DNA of 64,000 nt. It comes from Candidatus Latescibacterota bacterium (GTDB lineage: Bacteria > Latescibacterota > UBA2968 > UBA8231). Under the pieces are notes generated by a model. The model had not been told where the DNA came from, did no database searches, and was given only the letters and a program-made list of their open reading frames with translations. Within the stretch, counting starts at the first letter, position 1. Each line of letters opens with the position of its first letter. Made by a program: the position numbers and the translations under genes. Shown piece by piece: positions 40,300 through 50,814 of this stretch. The stretch is from NCBI GenBank assembly GCA_965197905.1, contig CBDAOB010000005.1:960001-1024000 (forward strand), read 5' to 3'.

Positions 40300-40614
40300 A
40301 TGGTATCCGTAGGCATGGTCCTGGAACTGAAGCCGGGCTGGTACGACGAATACAAGAAACGCCACGACGAGCTCTGGCCCGAACTAGCCGCTGTGATGAG
40401 GCAAAATCGTATTGATATGGTGATCTATCGGTTCCAGGAGCTCCTGTTCGTTTACGGTACGGCTCCCTCGCAGGAGGCCTGGGATGCGGTGGAGAACGAC
40501 CCCGCGACCCCGCGATGGAACGAGTATATGGCCGAAGTGTTGAAATCCGATGAGAAAGGTGAGCTCATCATGCACGATCTGCCTCAGGCGTTTTCCTTCG
40601 GCAACTTGAAGTAG
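40300..40614 (+). CDS. rhaM: L-rhamnose mutarotase family protein
   Basis: LKPG..DEYKKRHDELWPEL, RWNEYMAEVL; AGGAG RBS; family-level call. Confidence 0.8.
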   Translation: MVSVGMVLELKPGWYDEYKKRHDELWPELAAVMRQNRIDMVIYRFQELLFVYGTAPSQEAWDAVENDPATPRWNEYMAEVLKSDEKGELIMHDLPQAFSFGNLK

Positions 40615-40679
40615 GCGATGAATGAGACCGAGCAACGCTCAGCATCTGGCGCCAAGGCCGGCCTGACCAAGAGTCGCTG

Positions 40680-41995
40680 ATGAGCTCACCCGTCCGCCCG
40701 GATTTTCTGCCGCTTGATGAGATTGCTGCACAACAGCGCGTCCGGTGGAACGAGCAGCGTCGCTATGTTCTAGAACAGTCACCGTTCTTCAAGGCTTTGT
40801 GGCCAACCGACAACGTGCCATCGGCCCTCGAAGACCTGCCCTCGCTACCTATCTGCGACAAGGAGATGTTACGACGCAGCCAGGCGGAGACACCGCCCTT
40901 TGGCGACTATCTGGCGGCACGGCGGCACCGGACCGGGACGTGATACGCATTCATCGGACGTCGGGGACCACCGGCCAACCGATGAATCTGGCGTTGAGTG
41001 CCGCCGACGCCGAGCAAACGGCGGAGGTGGGGGCTCGCGCCCAACGGGCTTCCGGGTTAGGTCCGGGCCATCGCGTTGTTCATTGCCTCAACTACCAGCT
41101 GTGGATAGGCGGTTTCACCGATCACGCCACCCTGGAAATGACGGGTGCGACGGTCATACCGTTCGGAGTGGGAAATAGCGAGCTGTTGATACGTACCATA
41201 AGAGATTTGGACGTCAGCGCGATTTCGTGCACTCCCTCCTATCCGATCGTATTGGAGCGCGTCATCGAAGAGCGCTTTCCAGAGCTGTCACCCCGCGCGC
41301 TCGGGCTGCAACTTGGACTTTTCGGCGGTGAAGCGGGGTTGGACAGCGATAGTTTTCGCGCCCGCCTGGAGACGACCTGGGGATTCAAGGCGCGCAACGC
41401 CAACTACGGGGTTTCCGATGTGTTCTGTAACTTTGCCGGTCAGTGCGAGTACTCCAATGATCTCCATTTCGTGTGTCTCGATCTGTGTTATCCCGAGTTG
41501 ATCGACGCGGAATCTGGGCAGTCTTTGCCCTGGGAGGAGGGCATCGAAGGTGAGTTGGTGCTGACCCACCTGGCGAGGGAATGCCAACCACTGGTGCGCT
41601 TCCGCACGGCCGACATCATCGTCATCACCAACACCGGTCCGTGTGGCTGCGGCCGCACGGTGCCGCGGTTTCGGGTACTGGGACGTAGCGACGACATGGT
41701 GGTGGTGCGCGGAATCAACGTCTTCCCCACAGCCGTGGCCGCCGTGATCAACGAATTCCCTGAATTCTCGGGCGAGTACCGAATCGTGCTCGAGGGTCCC
41801 GGTCCTTACGAGCGCCTACCGCTGGAAGCCGAGCTGGCGTCCGGCCATGAGGCAACATCCGATCTGGAAACATCACTGACACAATCCATCAAGACTCGAC
41901 TTAGCGTCACTCCCAAAGTAACTCTGATGCCGCCAGATAGTTTGCCACGCACCGCCGGCAAAACCCAGCGGGTTGTCCGCCAGGAGAAGCCGTGA
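40680..41995 (+). CDS. Phenylacetate-CoA ligase (PaaK-like) family, frameshifted by an 8-bp duplication
   Basis: RIHRTSGTTGQP, CTPSY, NYGVSD, RFRTAD, GRSDDMVVVRGINVFP, LPRTAGK; GGCGGCAC tandemly duplicated at 40913-40928. Confidence 0.85.
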
Positions 41996-42780
41996 ACAGC
42001 GCGATATTGAGCAGTATCGACGACGGCGTATGTACGGTCACCCTCAACCGTCCCGAGTGTCTCAATGCGCTAAATCGAGCCCTGCTCCCGGTGTTGAAAG
42101 CGGTTCTCAGCAATGCCAACGCCGATCCGACGGTCCGAGTCATCCTTATGCGCGGAGCCGGCCGCGCCTTCTGCTCCGGACAGGATCTCAAGGAGTTCGA
42201 TCATCAAAGCGAAGGGGAGGCGGAGGCTCGCGCCTACATCGAATCGATTCAAGATATCACCCGAGAGATGGTGCTGGGGGAGAAGATGATCGTAGGTGCC
42301 ATACATGGCTGGGCCGTCGGCGGTGGCCTGGAATGGCTGATCAATTGCGATCTGGCGATCCTGGCGGCCGGCACCCGCTGCTTTTTCCCGGAAATATCGC
42401 TCGGTGTTTTTGTGACCGGTGGGGTCACAACGCTCCTGCCGAAGCTCGTCGGGTTACAAAAGGCCAGGGAACTGATTCTTTTCGGTGAACAGTTCGATGC
42501 GCAGGAAGCGCTGGACATGGGGCTGGCCTGGAAGGTCGTGCCCGAATCGGAGTTGTTCGCCGAAGCCAAAGCAGTGTGCCGGCGGATTGCCGCCCTGCCC
42601 GAACAGGCCGTTCGCGATCTCAAACGAGTGATCAACCGCGCCTGCTATCTGGATGTGGAAGGTGCCATGGAGCTCGAGACCGAAGTCACCGTTCGCGCGT
42701 TTCTCGATCCAGGCACGGCGCAGCGCATTGCTCAAAATCGAAACAAGCGCGAGCAAGGGAGTGGGGAAAATGAAGGTTGA
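41992..42780 (+). CDS. Enoyl-CoA hydratase/isomerase family protein
   Basis: LNRPECLNAL, AFCSGQDL, GWAVGGG.E...CDL, FPEISLG. Confidence 0.92.
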   Translation: MNSAILSSIDDGVCTVTLNRPECLNALNRALLPVLKAVLSNANADPTVRVILMRGAGRAFCSGQDLKEFDHQSEGEAEARAYIESIQDITREMVLGEKMIVGAIHGWAVGGGLEWLINCDLAILAAGTRCFFPEISLGVFVTGGVTTLLPKLVGLQKARELILFGEQFDAQEALDMGLAWKVVPESELFAEAKAVCRRIAALPEQAVRDLKRVINRACYLDVEGAMELETEVTVRAFLDPGTAQRIAQNRNKREQGSGENEG

Positions 42781-43607
42781 ATCGGCCCCCCTAGACATCT
42801 TTTCCCCCGACCTCTTCAGCGGACGAACTGCGCTCGTCACCGGGGGAGGCCGCGGCATCGGCCGACATATCGCGCTCGCCTTTGCGCGATTCGGAGCCAA
42901 CGTTGTCATAGCCGGCCGCAAGGCAGAGAATCTGGATCCCACGGCTAGGGAGATCGCCCAGGCTGGCGCCGAGTGCCTGGCAGTGCCAACCAACATCCGC
43001 GAAACGGAAGCGGTCGACGCGCTGCTGGAAAAGACCCTGGTGCGGTTCGGAGTGGTCGATTTCCTCATCAACAATGCGGGTTGCCAATTCCCGGGTCCTC
43101 CTTCGAAGATCAGCGACAACGGTTGGCGGGCCGTCATCGACCTGAACCTCAATGGAACCTGGAACATGTGCAGCCGTCTTGGACCCCATATGATTGAGAA
43201 CGGTTTCGGCTGCATCGTCAACATGGTCCACATCTACGCACTCGAACGCGGGGGGCCGCCCTTGGCCCACTCCGGCGCCGCCCGGGCAGGGGTGGTGAAT
43301 CTGACCAAGTCCCTGGCGTACTACTATGCTCGCCACGGCGTGACTATCAACGCCCTCGCTCCGGGATTCGTCGCTACGGATGGATTGCGTGAAGAGGAAT
43401 TTGGGGGATTGCCTTACGACGACTACGAGGCTCTTGCCTTAAAGGATATCCCCGCTCACCGCCCTGGCCGATCCCAACGAGATTGCGGCACTGGGGCTGT
43501 TTCTGTGTTCCCCAGCGGCGCGGTACATCAACGGGGCGAGCATCGTTGCCGATGGAGCCCTATCTCTGAGCAACTGGACGCCATGGGTCGACCCGGAGGT
43601 GCCGTAA
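42770..43607 (+). CDS. SDR oxidoreductase (2,4-dienoyl-CoA reductase-like), frameshift near 43462
   Basis: TGGGRGIG, INNAGCQF, HSGAARAGV; removing one C gives HRLADPNEIAALGLFLCSPAARYINGASIVADG, stop at 43607. Confidence 0.85.
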
Positions 43608-43681
43608 GACCCGCCAGGAAGATGCGCAACGGGGGCGTAGGTGCCCGGTTCCTGCACGCACGTCGATCCGCGCGCGGCTCT

Positions 43682-44803
43682 CTAGAACCGATCCGGGTAT
43701 GCCATGTATGGGTTCCCCCTCGGAAACAGCATCGCCATGACGGGTACCATCCGAACGGGTATCCTAACCTGCGGATCCTGCGCTACCTCTTCTGCGCTGC
43801 GGTAGCCCATCACAAGCTGCGTCAGCGCCGTCTGTGGAATTTTTATCTCCGACACGCGTTGCTCGGGAGACCTCTACTGAACCCGCCTTCCGTTGACCTC
43901 CAGCCTTATTGCTCCTATGTCGGTCAACAGATTTAGCGAGCCCTTCCATGACGATTCCGCGGCATCCAGCCGGCGGCCGAATTCGGGGAGGAGCTTCCTC
44001 ATGAACCCTTCCAGGCGGATAATGCGGGCCATGGCATTGCCGTTGCGACTGTGGTGGGTCTCCCATCGACAGCCCAGACTGGCGCAGTAGGCTCCGAAGG
44101 GGTGATCCGGCGGTAGCCAGAATCTTACCTCGCTTGCGTTCCGGCGCCGGGCTTGGCGACCGACAGCAGCCGCCAGTGAGTCGAACACTCTGCTGTCGCG
44201 CGTCTCTAGCTCTACAACATCGAGCTTGTCATTCTCGTGGCCGACCTCTTTGAGATACCTCAGATAGCCAACCAGGCACTTGCGCGCATCCAACGCACCA
44301 ATGACACCGAGCGACCGGGGCCGTCGATATCTCCAGTTCTTTGTTCGAATCACTGAGCCCGTGCGCTGGGAATTATTGCGGTTGTACCACCGCAACATTT
44401 CTGGAAGGTCCGTCTTACGCTTCATGTTCTGAGTCGCGCCGCGAGCTTCAGCTCTCAGAAGATCTGTGGTTTTGACGTAGAGCCACGATTCGGGGAAGAC
44501 GGCGGCGTAGCCAAACCGATGATAGAAGTCGGGAATACCGAAGAGTATGCTCATGTCGTAACCGGAATTGTTCATCAACTCGAATGCGGCTTGCATTCCA
44601 CGGCTGGCGTAGCCCTTCAGGCGGTGTTTTTCCGCCGTGTTTACATTCTTAATGCCTCCGGTTCTAACTTTGGCGGATCCAATCCGCACGCGTAACTTCA
44701 CGGTCCAGAGAGCGCCTACCTCGTCACCCGCGAGTTGCAGGCTCAACCTCCAGTGATTCTTGTGGTCTTTCCAGCGTAGCTGTGGATTTTGGTGACTCAG
44801 CAT
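43682..44803 (-). CDS. Eis-like GNAT acetyltransferase with an in-frame TAG at 43874-43876
   Basis: GGIKNVNT...HRLKGYAS, LFGIPDFYHRFGY; the frame continues past the TAG (IPQTALTQLVMGYRS...LFP...YPDRF*) to 43682. Confidence 0.8.
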
Positions 44804-44832
44804 TCTTGTTGCCGTGGTGCTATATTGGGAGC

Positions 44833-45345
44833 ATGGCAGTAAAGTTCATCACGATACCCGTCATCCTGGCTTACGAAGCGTGTCTGATCAACGGACACAC
44901 GACGCGCCAGTGGCGCTACTTCGCAACCGGGGGCGTGCTGATTTCGCTCTGGGTATTCTACCGGTTCGCAACCGATCTCCTTGTCACTTCGGCCATTCTG
45001 GCGCTCTCATTGGTATGCCTGATCGCCTCCAAGATTCTGATCGATCCAAACGAATATAGGTGGTGGAGGCGGAAACTCACCAGCAACGAAGATACCACGG
45101 ACTCATTCGATCGTTGGCATGTGCTATCCTGGCTCAGTCACTATCCGCTCGACCTGTATATGCTGTGGCAGGAATTTCCGTTGTTGCCGCTGGGTAATAC
45201 GCCTCGCTGGCATGTTGCGATCTGGATCGGAACCTCCATCGGGTCATGGATCATCTGGCAAGCGGTGAAGAGGCGAAGGGAGAAGAGCTGGACACCGATC
45301 ATCGTCCAGATATGGAGGAAGCTGCGAGGCCGGCCGACGACATGA
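44833..45345 (+). CDS. Hypothetical membrane protein
   Basis: Several hydrophobic segments; GGGAG before ATG. Confidence 0.6.
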   Translation: MAVKFITIPVILAYEACLINGHTTRQWRYFATGGVLISLWVFYRFATDLLVTSAILALSLVCLIASKILIDPNEYRWWRRKLTSNEDTTDSFDRWHVLSWLSHYPLDLYMLWQEFPLLPLGNTPRWHVAIWIGTSIGSWIIWQAVKRRREKSWTPIIVQIWRKLRGRPTT

Positions 45346-45373
45346 GCCGCATGCGGTCAACGTCTGGTGAATA

Positions 45374-46060
45374 TCAGGCGTTCAATAGCTCCACCCGATT
45401 GTCGAGTTTTGCCAAATACATCAGGTTCCGTTCGTTGAAATAGTTGTCGTCGATGTGAACGGGATCCTGCTCTCTGAAATCACCACCCCATCTCAAAACC
45501 TTGTCGGCACGGATCAGTTCGAAGAACCCGGAAACTTCCTCCGGAAGATTCGGGTGATTGTCTTTCCGCAGCATGCTGGAAGTGTAGAGATGGTGCCGGT
45601 GAAACAGGTTCATGTCGATGGCGTGACCGATATGATGGCAACTGTTGGATGCCGGTCTCATGATCGCACCGTCGACCTGGTTGTTCAGAGGCCTAAGTGA
45701 TGAGGTGGTCCATATCTTTAGATCGCTCCGAGAAGCGTAGTCAGCCAGCTTGTCGAGCTCCGGGACGAAGTCTTCATCGACTTTGACCGCTTCTCCCATA
45801 AACGACTCGTTGGTGTAGACGATCGGATTAAATCTCGGTTTGGTTGCTGGTGTTGCTATGCGGGCCGAAAATTCCGGAATCTTGTCCACGTAGGAGCCGT
45901 GCACATACCCCACCATCCCGTCCTTCGTTTTTATCCTGAAGAAGGTAACCTCGTCCAGGATTGAAAACTCCTCAGCATCTTCGAGGACGCCGATCTTCAC
46001 TCCATTGGGTTTGAAGCGGATATACAACCCGCTGCCTGACTTAACTACACCCTTGTCCAT
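45374..46060 (-). CDS. SH3-like + M15 family Zn peptidase (peptidoglycan endopeptidase/endolysin-like)
   Basis: KTKDGMVGYVHGSYV (SH3b-like); TSSLR, SCHHIGHAID, LRWGGDF..DPVHID; no signal peptide. Confidence 0.82.
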   Translation of the reverse strand: MDKGVVKSGSGLYIRFKPNGVKIGVLEDAEEFSILDEVTFFRIKTKDGMVGYVHGSYVDKIPEFSARIATPATKPRFNPIVYTNESFMGEAVKVDEDFVPELDKLADYASRSDLKIWTTSSLRPLNNQVDGAIMRPASNSCHHIGHAIDMNLFHRHHLYTSSMLRKDNHPNLPEEVSGFFELIRADKVLRWGGDFREQDPVHIDDNYFNERNLMYLAKLDNRVELLNA

Positions 46061-46063
46061 GCC

Positions 46064-46600
46064 TCAACCCTTGGGTTCCTGAACCAGGCCGTCGGTTCGC
46101 TTTTTTGCCTTCTCGAGGTCGGTCTGTCCCGCCGATCTTATCTTCTGAATCTTCTCGATGCCGCGAGATCCGAAGTAGAACGCATAAACTGTCAACATCA
46201 ATGTCGAGAAAAACGGAATCCACTCCTTCAATGCCTCCAACTGAACTTCGTTGAGTTGTTCGTCAAAGACGGTAAAGAATGCCAGGATGGAGATCGTCAC
46301 CGTGAGAAAAATGAGGGCCATCGGCCGAATGTTCTTAGACAGCCACGAGTCGCTCTTCATATCAAGCTTCAAGCGCTCCGTTAGTTCGTTTTCCAGGTTC
46401 TCTTCGTGTTGGGCTTGCTGCTTGTCCAGTTTATTCAACAGCTCACGCATTCGAACCTCATAAGCCGTCTTGATCTTCATCTTTTGATTGTCGCTCAGAC
46501 GGACCTCCTCGTCGCTCGTGGTCAGGTCGTCTAATACCTTCCCCACGGTGCCGACAAGATCCACCCCGACCGCACCGAATATTTTGCTAAACCAAGCCAT
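46064..46600 (-). CDS. Holin-like protein (GTA 3TM holin family)
   Basis: VLDDLTTSDEE, DMKSDSWLSKNIRPMALIFL, FYFGSRGIEK; AGGAGG RBS; 3 bp from the peptidase. Confidence 0.8.
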   Translation of the reverse strand: MAWFSKIFGAVGVDLVGTVGKVLDDLTTSDEEVRLSDNQKMKIKTAYEVRMRELLNKLDKQQAQHEENLENELTERLKLDMKSDSWLSKNIRPMALIFLTVTISILAFFTVFDEQLNEVQLEALKEWIPFFSTLMLTVYAFYFGSRGIEKIQKIRSAGQTDLEKAKKRTDGLVQEPKG

Positions 46601-46656
46601 TCGTTACCTCCTATGTGACTGGTCCCGCCGCTCGGTACCGTGGCGGCAAAGCTTGA

Positions 46657-47400
46657 CTAAAGCCCCAGCAGGCGCCGGGCATTGCCACCCAGGATCAGCT
46701 CCTTGTCCGCGTCGCTGATGTCGGCGGTAATGACTTTGCCCATCTGCGAGCGCGGATCCATCAAGGAGATGTCCGAGCCGTAGATCACGCGGTCCGCACC
46801 GATCTTCTCCACTACCTCTTCGATAACCCCAGGCGTGCGCCAGGTGGAGCAGGTCTCGACGTAGAAGTTGGGACTGCGCAGCGCCGCTTCGATGCATTGA
46901 CTCCGGTACGGTTCCGAGTTGCCTATATGAGCAGCGATGAAGGTGGCGTTGGGGAACCGGGGTGCTGCCTTTCCCAGATATACCGGCGGCGCGTCCGAGC
47001 CGGTGTGCACAATGATCGGAAGCTTTCGGTCGTCGGCGAACTGGTAGACCGGATCCCACGCCACATCATCGGCTTCGCAAGGTGTATATGGTGGATACAG
47101 CTTTATTGCGGAGAATCCCAATTCGTCTATCGCCCGCTCCAGCTCCGGCACCATCCGATCGGGCATGGTGGGTGAAACATAGGCGAAGCCTACCAGGCGG
47201 TCGGGATGTTTCTCAACCATGGCAGCGGTCTGGTTGTTTGCTGTCGTACCGTCCGGATGAAAGATGTTGAAGAGGCAGGCACGGTCGATGCCGGCACGGT
47301 CGAGCGCGCGAATGATTGTGTCGACGTCATCTATCGCCAGGAAGATCTCGAATCGTCCGGTGTGGCCGTGAAAATCGATGACCGTCTTGCCGTCGATCAT
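46657..47400 (-). CDS. Amidohydrolase family protein
   Basis: IDFHGH, IKLYP, IVHTG, IAAHIG, RVIYGSD, ILGGNARRLL. Confidence 0.92.
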   Translation of the reverse strand: MIDGKTVIDFHGHTGRFEIFLAIDDVDTIIRALDRAGIDRACLFNIFHPDGTTANNQTAAMVEKHPDRLVGFAYVSPTMPDRMVPELERAIDELGFSAIKLYPPYTPCEADDVAWDPVYQFADDRKLPIIVHTGSDAPPVYLGKAAPRFPNATFIAAHIGNSEPYRSQCIEAALRSPNFYVETCSTWRTPGVIEEVVEKIGADRVIYGSDISLMDPRSQMGKVITADISDADKELILGGNARRLLGL

Positions 47401-48146
47401 CCATCACCTGCCAGGACTTTTTCCAACGTGCCGCCGCAGACCGCAGCTAGTTCCGTCTCGCTCAAGCCGATGCGGTGCACGTAGAACAGCATCGGACCCA
47501 TCGCCAGCCGCGGATAGTACGAGCCGTAGACGAATCGGTCCGCACCGAACTCTTCCTTCAGATTCTCCAGTTCGCCGAGAACCTCATAGCGGCTGAGCTC
47601 CAGGTAGGATCCCGTTACGTTTTTCAGCAGCGGCCGAACCAGCATGGCATCCACGTAATGCGCACCCACGAAGACCACCTTCAGTTTCGGAAATGCTTTG
47701 AGGATCGGGACTAGCTCCGTGGTGGGTGTGTCGGGAAGAGAGATCCACAGCGGTATGTGCTGAGCCTGGATCCACTCGAACAGATCACCGTAAATCCAGT
47801 CCAGCAGCGGAACGTACGATTGTATGGCGTGAAGGCGGACGCTGGTAACCTTGCCAGCGCCGTGAAGTTCCTGTAGCTGTCTGAAGGTGTGGCGGTCCGG
47901 ACTCGCTACCCACTGATAGGTGAACGGGCCGGCCTCATCCGTCCACTTCATCAAGAGCTCATTTCCTTCGAAGGCACTGATCTTTTCGCCAAGCCGATGA
48001 TAGAGCAGCGCCCGTTCGACGCCGTGGCGCCCCATCTCTTCCATGAGCTCGTCCGGCGTTTCGAATGGACAGGGCGCGTCCACCAGATGTCCAACGCCGA
48101 CGTTGGCATCGAATACGGGTACCTCTGCTTTGAAACTCAGGGACAT
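47397..48146 (-). CDS. Amidohydrolase-fold protein with degenerate metal site
   Basis: FDANV in place of DxHxH; RFVYGSYYP in place of GSD; overlaps the neighbouring amidohydrolase. Confidence 0.78.
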   Translation of the reverse strand: MSLSFKAEVPVFDANVGVGHLVDAPCPFETPDELMEEMGRHGVERALLYHRLGEKISAFEGNELLMKWTDEAGPFTYQWVASPDRHTFRQLQELHGAGKVTSVRLHAIQSYVPLLDWIYGDLFEWIQAQHIPLWISLPDTPTTELVPILKAFPKLKVVFVGAHYVDAMLVRPLLKNVTGSYLELSRYEVLGELENLKEEFGADRFVYGSYYPRLAMGPMLFYVHRIGLSETELAAVCGGTLEKVLAGDG

Positions 48147-48175
48147 AGTCGGTTCTTTCGTCCGGATAGCATGTG

Positions 48176-48979
48176 TTACTCCTTCTCCTTGACGATCTCT
48201 TTGATCTCCGAATGTTTGGCGAGGGCGATCAGCTCGCGGGTTTCGGGGGACAGGCGCTCCACGAGCTCCGGTGGAAAGGTCTCGAAGCTGGCGTATCCGC
48301 TGAACTGGCTCATGTAACGCATGATGAGGAAGCGACGCGGGCGATCCTGCGGTTTCCAGATCAAGATGCCGTGGGTCATCATCTCGGGCATGACGACCAT
48401 GTCTCCGGCTCGCGGGGTGATATTGGTGACCGCCGGGTGCGGTTCCGGATCTACCACTTCCGTGTCGCTGTGGGGCGCGAACAGACCTTCGGGGCGGGTG
48501 AATTCTGACTTGTGTGATCCCGGAACGACAAGAAGACCACCGTCGCCGGGGAAGACATCTGTCAGATAGATAAACACCACCAGGAAGTCGGAGAAGATGC
48601 GGCCGTCCTGGACGAAGTAGTGGGGCATTTCCGGTCCACCACCCCCCTCGCGGGCGCAGTGCAAACGGCCGAAATAGATATCCTCATGGGTGTTATTGCG
48701 CAGGGTAACGCCGGTTAGGCGCGGGCGATCATTGTTGAGCTCTACGATGATCGGCCATATCGCCGGATGCAAGGTGAGACATTCGAGGCTTTTGTCGAAA
48801 GCGAAAGCATTGCGGTAACTTCCCTTTTCACCGTGGAAGCCGGGGGGCAGATCTTCGGAGGGCGTGTCGATATACCGCTGCGCGGCCTCCTGGGCGGCGG
48901 CGAGCTCCTTCCCTTGAAGCACCCCTTCGAGGTGAAGGTAACCGGTGACGTCGAAGAAATATCTCTGCTCAGGTGTCAT
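48176..48979 (-). CDS. PhyH family dioxygenase
   Basis: MTPEQRYFFDVTGYL, LHCAR, YLTDVFPGDGGLLVVPGSHK, MTHG. Confidence 0.88.
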   Translation of the reverse strand: MTPEQRYFFDVTGYLHLEGVLQGKELAAAQEAAQRYIDTPSEDLPPGFHGEKGSYRNAFAFDKSLECLTLHPAIWPIIVELNNDRPRLTGVTLRNNTHEDIYFGRLHCAREGGGGPEMPHYFVQDGRIFSDFLVVFIYLTDVFPGDGGLLVVPGSHKSEFTRPEGLFAPHSDTEVVDPEPHPAVTNITPRAGDMVVMPEMMTHGILIWKPQDRPRRFLIMRYMSQFSGYASFETFPPELVERLSPETRELIALAKHSEIKEIVKEKE

Positions 48980-48984
48980 CGCCG

Positions 48985-49821
48985 TCAACTTAACGTTATC
49001 GCGTCCAGTTTGGCGATCTCTTTGGTGTATTTGAACGGCGCTGGTTGAATCAGCTCCAGCGTTTCCGGGGAAAGGCGGGCCTTCACGCCGTCCGGAAAAG
49101 AATCCATCGGACTGTAATACTGGGTACTGTATCGCAAGGTGAGAAATCGGCGGTCTCGGTCCTCGGGAGTCCACGTTAGCGCGCCGTGGGTCACCCTCTC
49201 GGTGGTGAGGATCACATCTCCGGCTTCGACGGGAAAGCTGGCAACGCCCGGCGGGACCACGGAAGAGTTGAAGTTGTCGTTGTATCCGTCATCCGTGTGG
49301 GACCCGGGGTAGAACATATCCCGGGGCATCTTGAAATTGGCTTTGTGGGAGCCGGGAATCGCGATGAATCCTCCGTCACCCTCCCGCACTTCCGTCAGAT
49401 ATACGAAGCAGATCAGGTCGCTGCAGTAGATGCTGCCCTCGTGCACGAAATAACGCCAGACGTCAGGACGGTTGAAGGGGCCGCCGCTGTGCAGACCGTG
49501 AAAAGGGGCGCCTTGACGGTTGACCATCATATTGCCCAGGGCGAGACGGGGTTTTCCTCTGGTGAGATCCAGGATCAGCGGCCAGGTCACCGGGTTCATG
49601 GTGATCGCTTCCAACGCCTTGTCGAAGGCGAAGGCGTGCATGTACCAGTTGAAGTGGTCGCGCTCGAGGTTGATCTCGAAACCGTCGGGGACCTCGTCCC
49701 GGGGGGTGTCGATGTAACGCTGGGCCGCTTCCTGGGCACGAGCGAGCTCCGCTCCTCGAAGGACACCGGGAATCTTCAGATAGCCGGTGAGATCGAAGAG
49801 GTATTTCTGTTCGGGAGTCAC
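48985..49821 (-). CDS. PhyH family dioxygenase (tandem paralog)
   Basis: MTPEQKYLFDLTGYL, LHSGG, GDGGFIAIPGSHK, VTHG; similar to its neighbour. Confidence 0.88.
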   Translation of the reverse strand: MTPEQKYLFDLTGYLKIPGVLRGAELARAQEAAQRYIDTPRDEVPDGFEINLERDHFNWYMHAFAFDKALEAITMNPVTWPLILDLTRGKPRLALGNMMVNRQGAPFHGLHSGGPFNRPDVWRYFVHEGSIYCSDLICFVYLTEVREGDGGFIAIPGSHKANFKMPRDMFYPGSHTDDGYNDNFNSSVVPPGVASFPVEAGDVILTTERVTHGALTWTPEDRDRRFLTLRYSTQYYSPMDSFPDGVKARLSPETLELIQPAPFKYTKEIAKLDAITLS

Positions 49822-50190
49822 TACTTAACTCTCTTGAAAACAGTTATTTGAAAATTCACTATTAACCAGTTTGGCCAAAAACGGTCCATAAACTCGAACG
49901 AATCTGCGAAAATCTCCCAGAATATAGCGCTAAGGGGAGGGTCTGCGACAGTTGGTTGTCTGTATCTCCATCTACAAAGGAAATCCTACATAACACAACA
50001 CGGAGAAAAAACATGAGTAATCTCTGGCTTCTGCCCGACGACTACAAGCCGATGGAAGAAGAAGCTGAACCCGGCATGATGGGCAAGTTAAGGTTTGAGG
50101 TCCGAACGCCTGGGAGAGGTCCAGAGCACCTGACTTCTGTCGGCAGCAAAATCACTTTCAAAGCATCCTCGATGAGTTGAATCTTCTGAA

Positions 50191-50691
50191 GTGCGCCAGT
50201 TGGTCTCGGATGACGCTGTTGACTTTGGGGTGGTAAGCTTGCCGCTGAGGCAACGGGATCTAATTGGCGAACCGCTGTTCACTCGCCGGGATGTTATTAT
50301 CTGTTCGCCGGACCATCGTTTCGCACACCGCCACCATATCGATCTGAAGACGATTGCAACTGAACCCCTTCTTGCGCTCGAGCGTGGTAGCATGAGTCGT
50401 TTGGTCATGGAGGAGGCATTTTCGCAGTCAGGAGTGGAGATGAATGTGTCAATGAATCTGGGCAGCGTGGAGGTCATCAAACGATTCGTGGAAATCGGAT
50501 TTGGTATCGGTATTGTGCCGCACGTCGCAGTCATGAGGGAGATCGAGGAGCGGAATCTCGTCGGAGTTTCTGTGCGTGGAATGAAACCTCGAAAGATAGG
50601 GCTCGTGTTCCACAGATCGCGGAACAGATCGGCGGCCGCTAGAACGCTCGTCGAAATCGCGAAAGAGCAGCTGTCCGGTCGGCGTCTATGA
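50191..50691 (+). pseudogene. LysR-type regulator substrate-binding domain fragment (HTH missing)
   Basis: VDFGVV, SVEVIKRFVEIGFGIGIVP, RKIGLVFHR; stop immediately upstream. Confidence 0.8.
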
Positions 50692-50814
50692 AGTCGAGAA
50701 ACTTCAGATAGCCGATCCGATCGACAGCGTCGAGGGAGGCGGCACGGACAGGGATATCTGAATTTCTTGGTGCATGTTCACCTCCCCTGATATATTGGTT
50801 GCGGTCTCCCTCCG

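Noticed and set aside
42653..43936. 427-aa SDR with long extensions
   Set aside because: The extensions come from an upstream alternative start and a frameshift; the real gene is about 42770-43607.
45374..46600. Prophage
   Set aside because: No structural, packaging or replication phage genes nearby.
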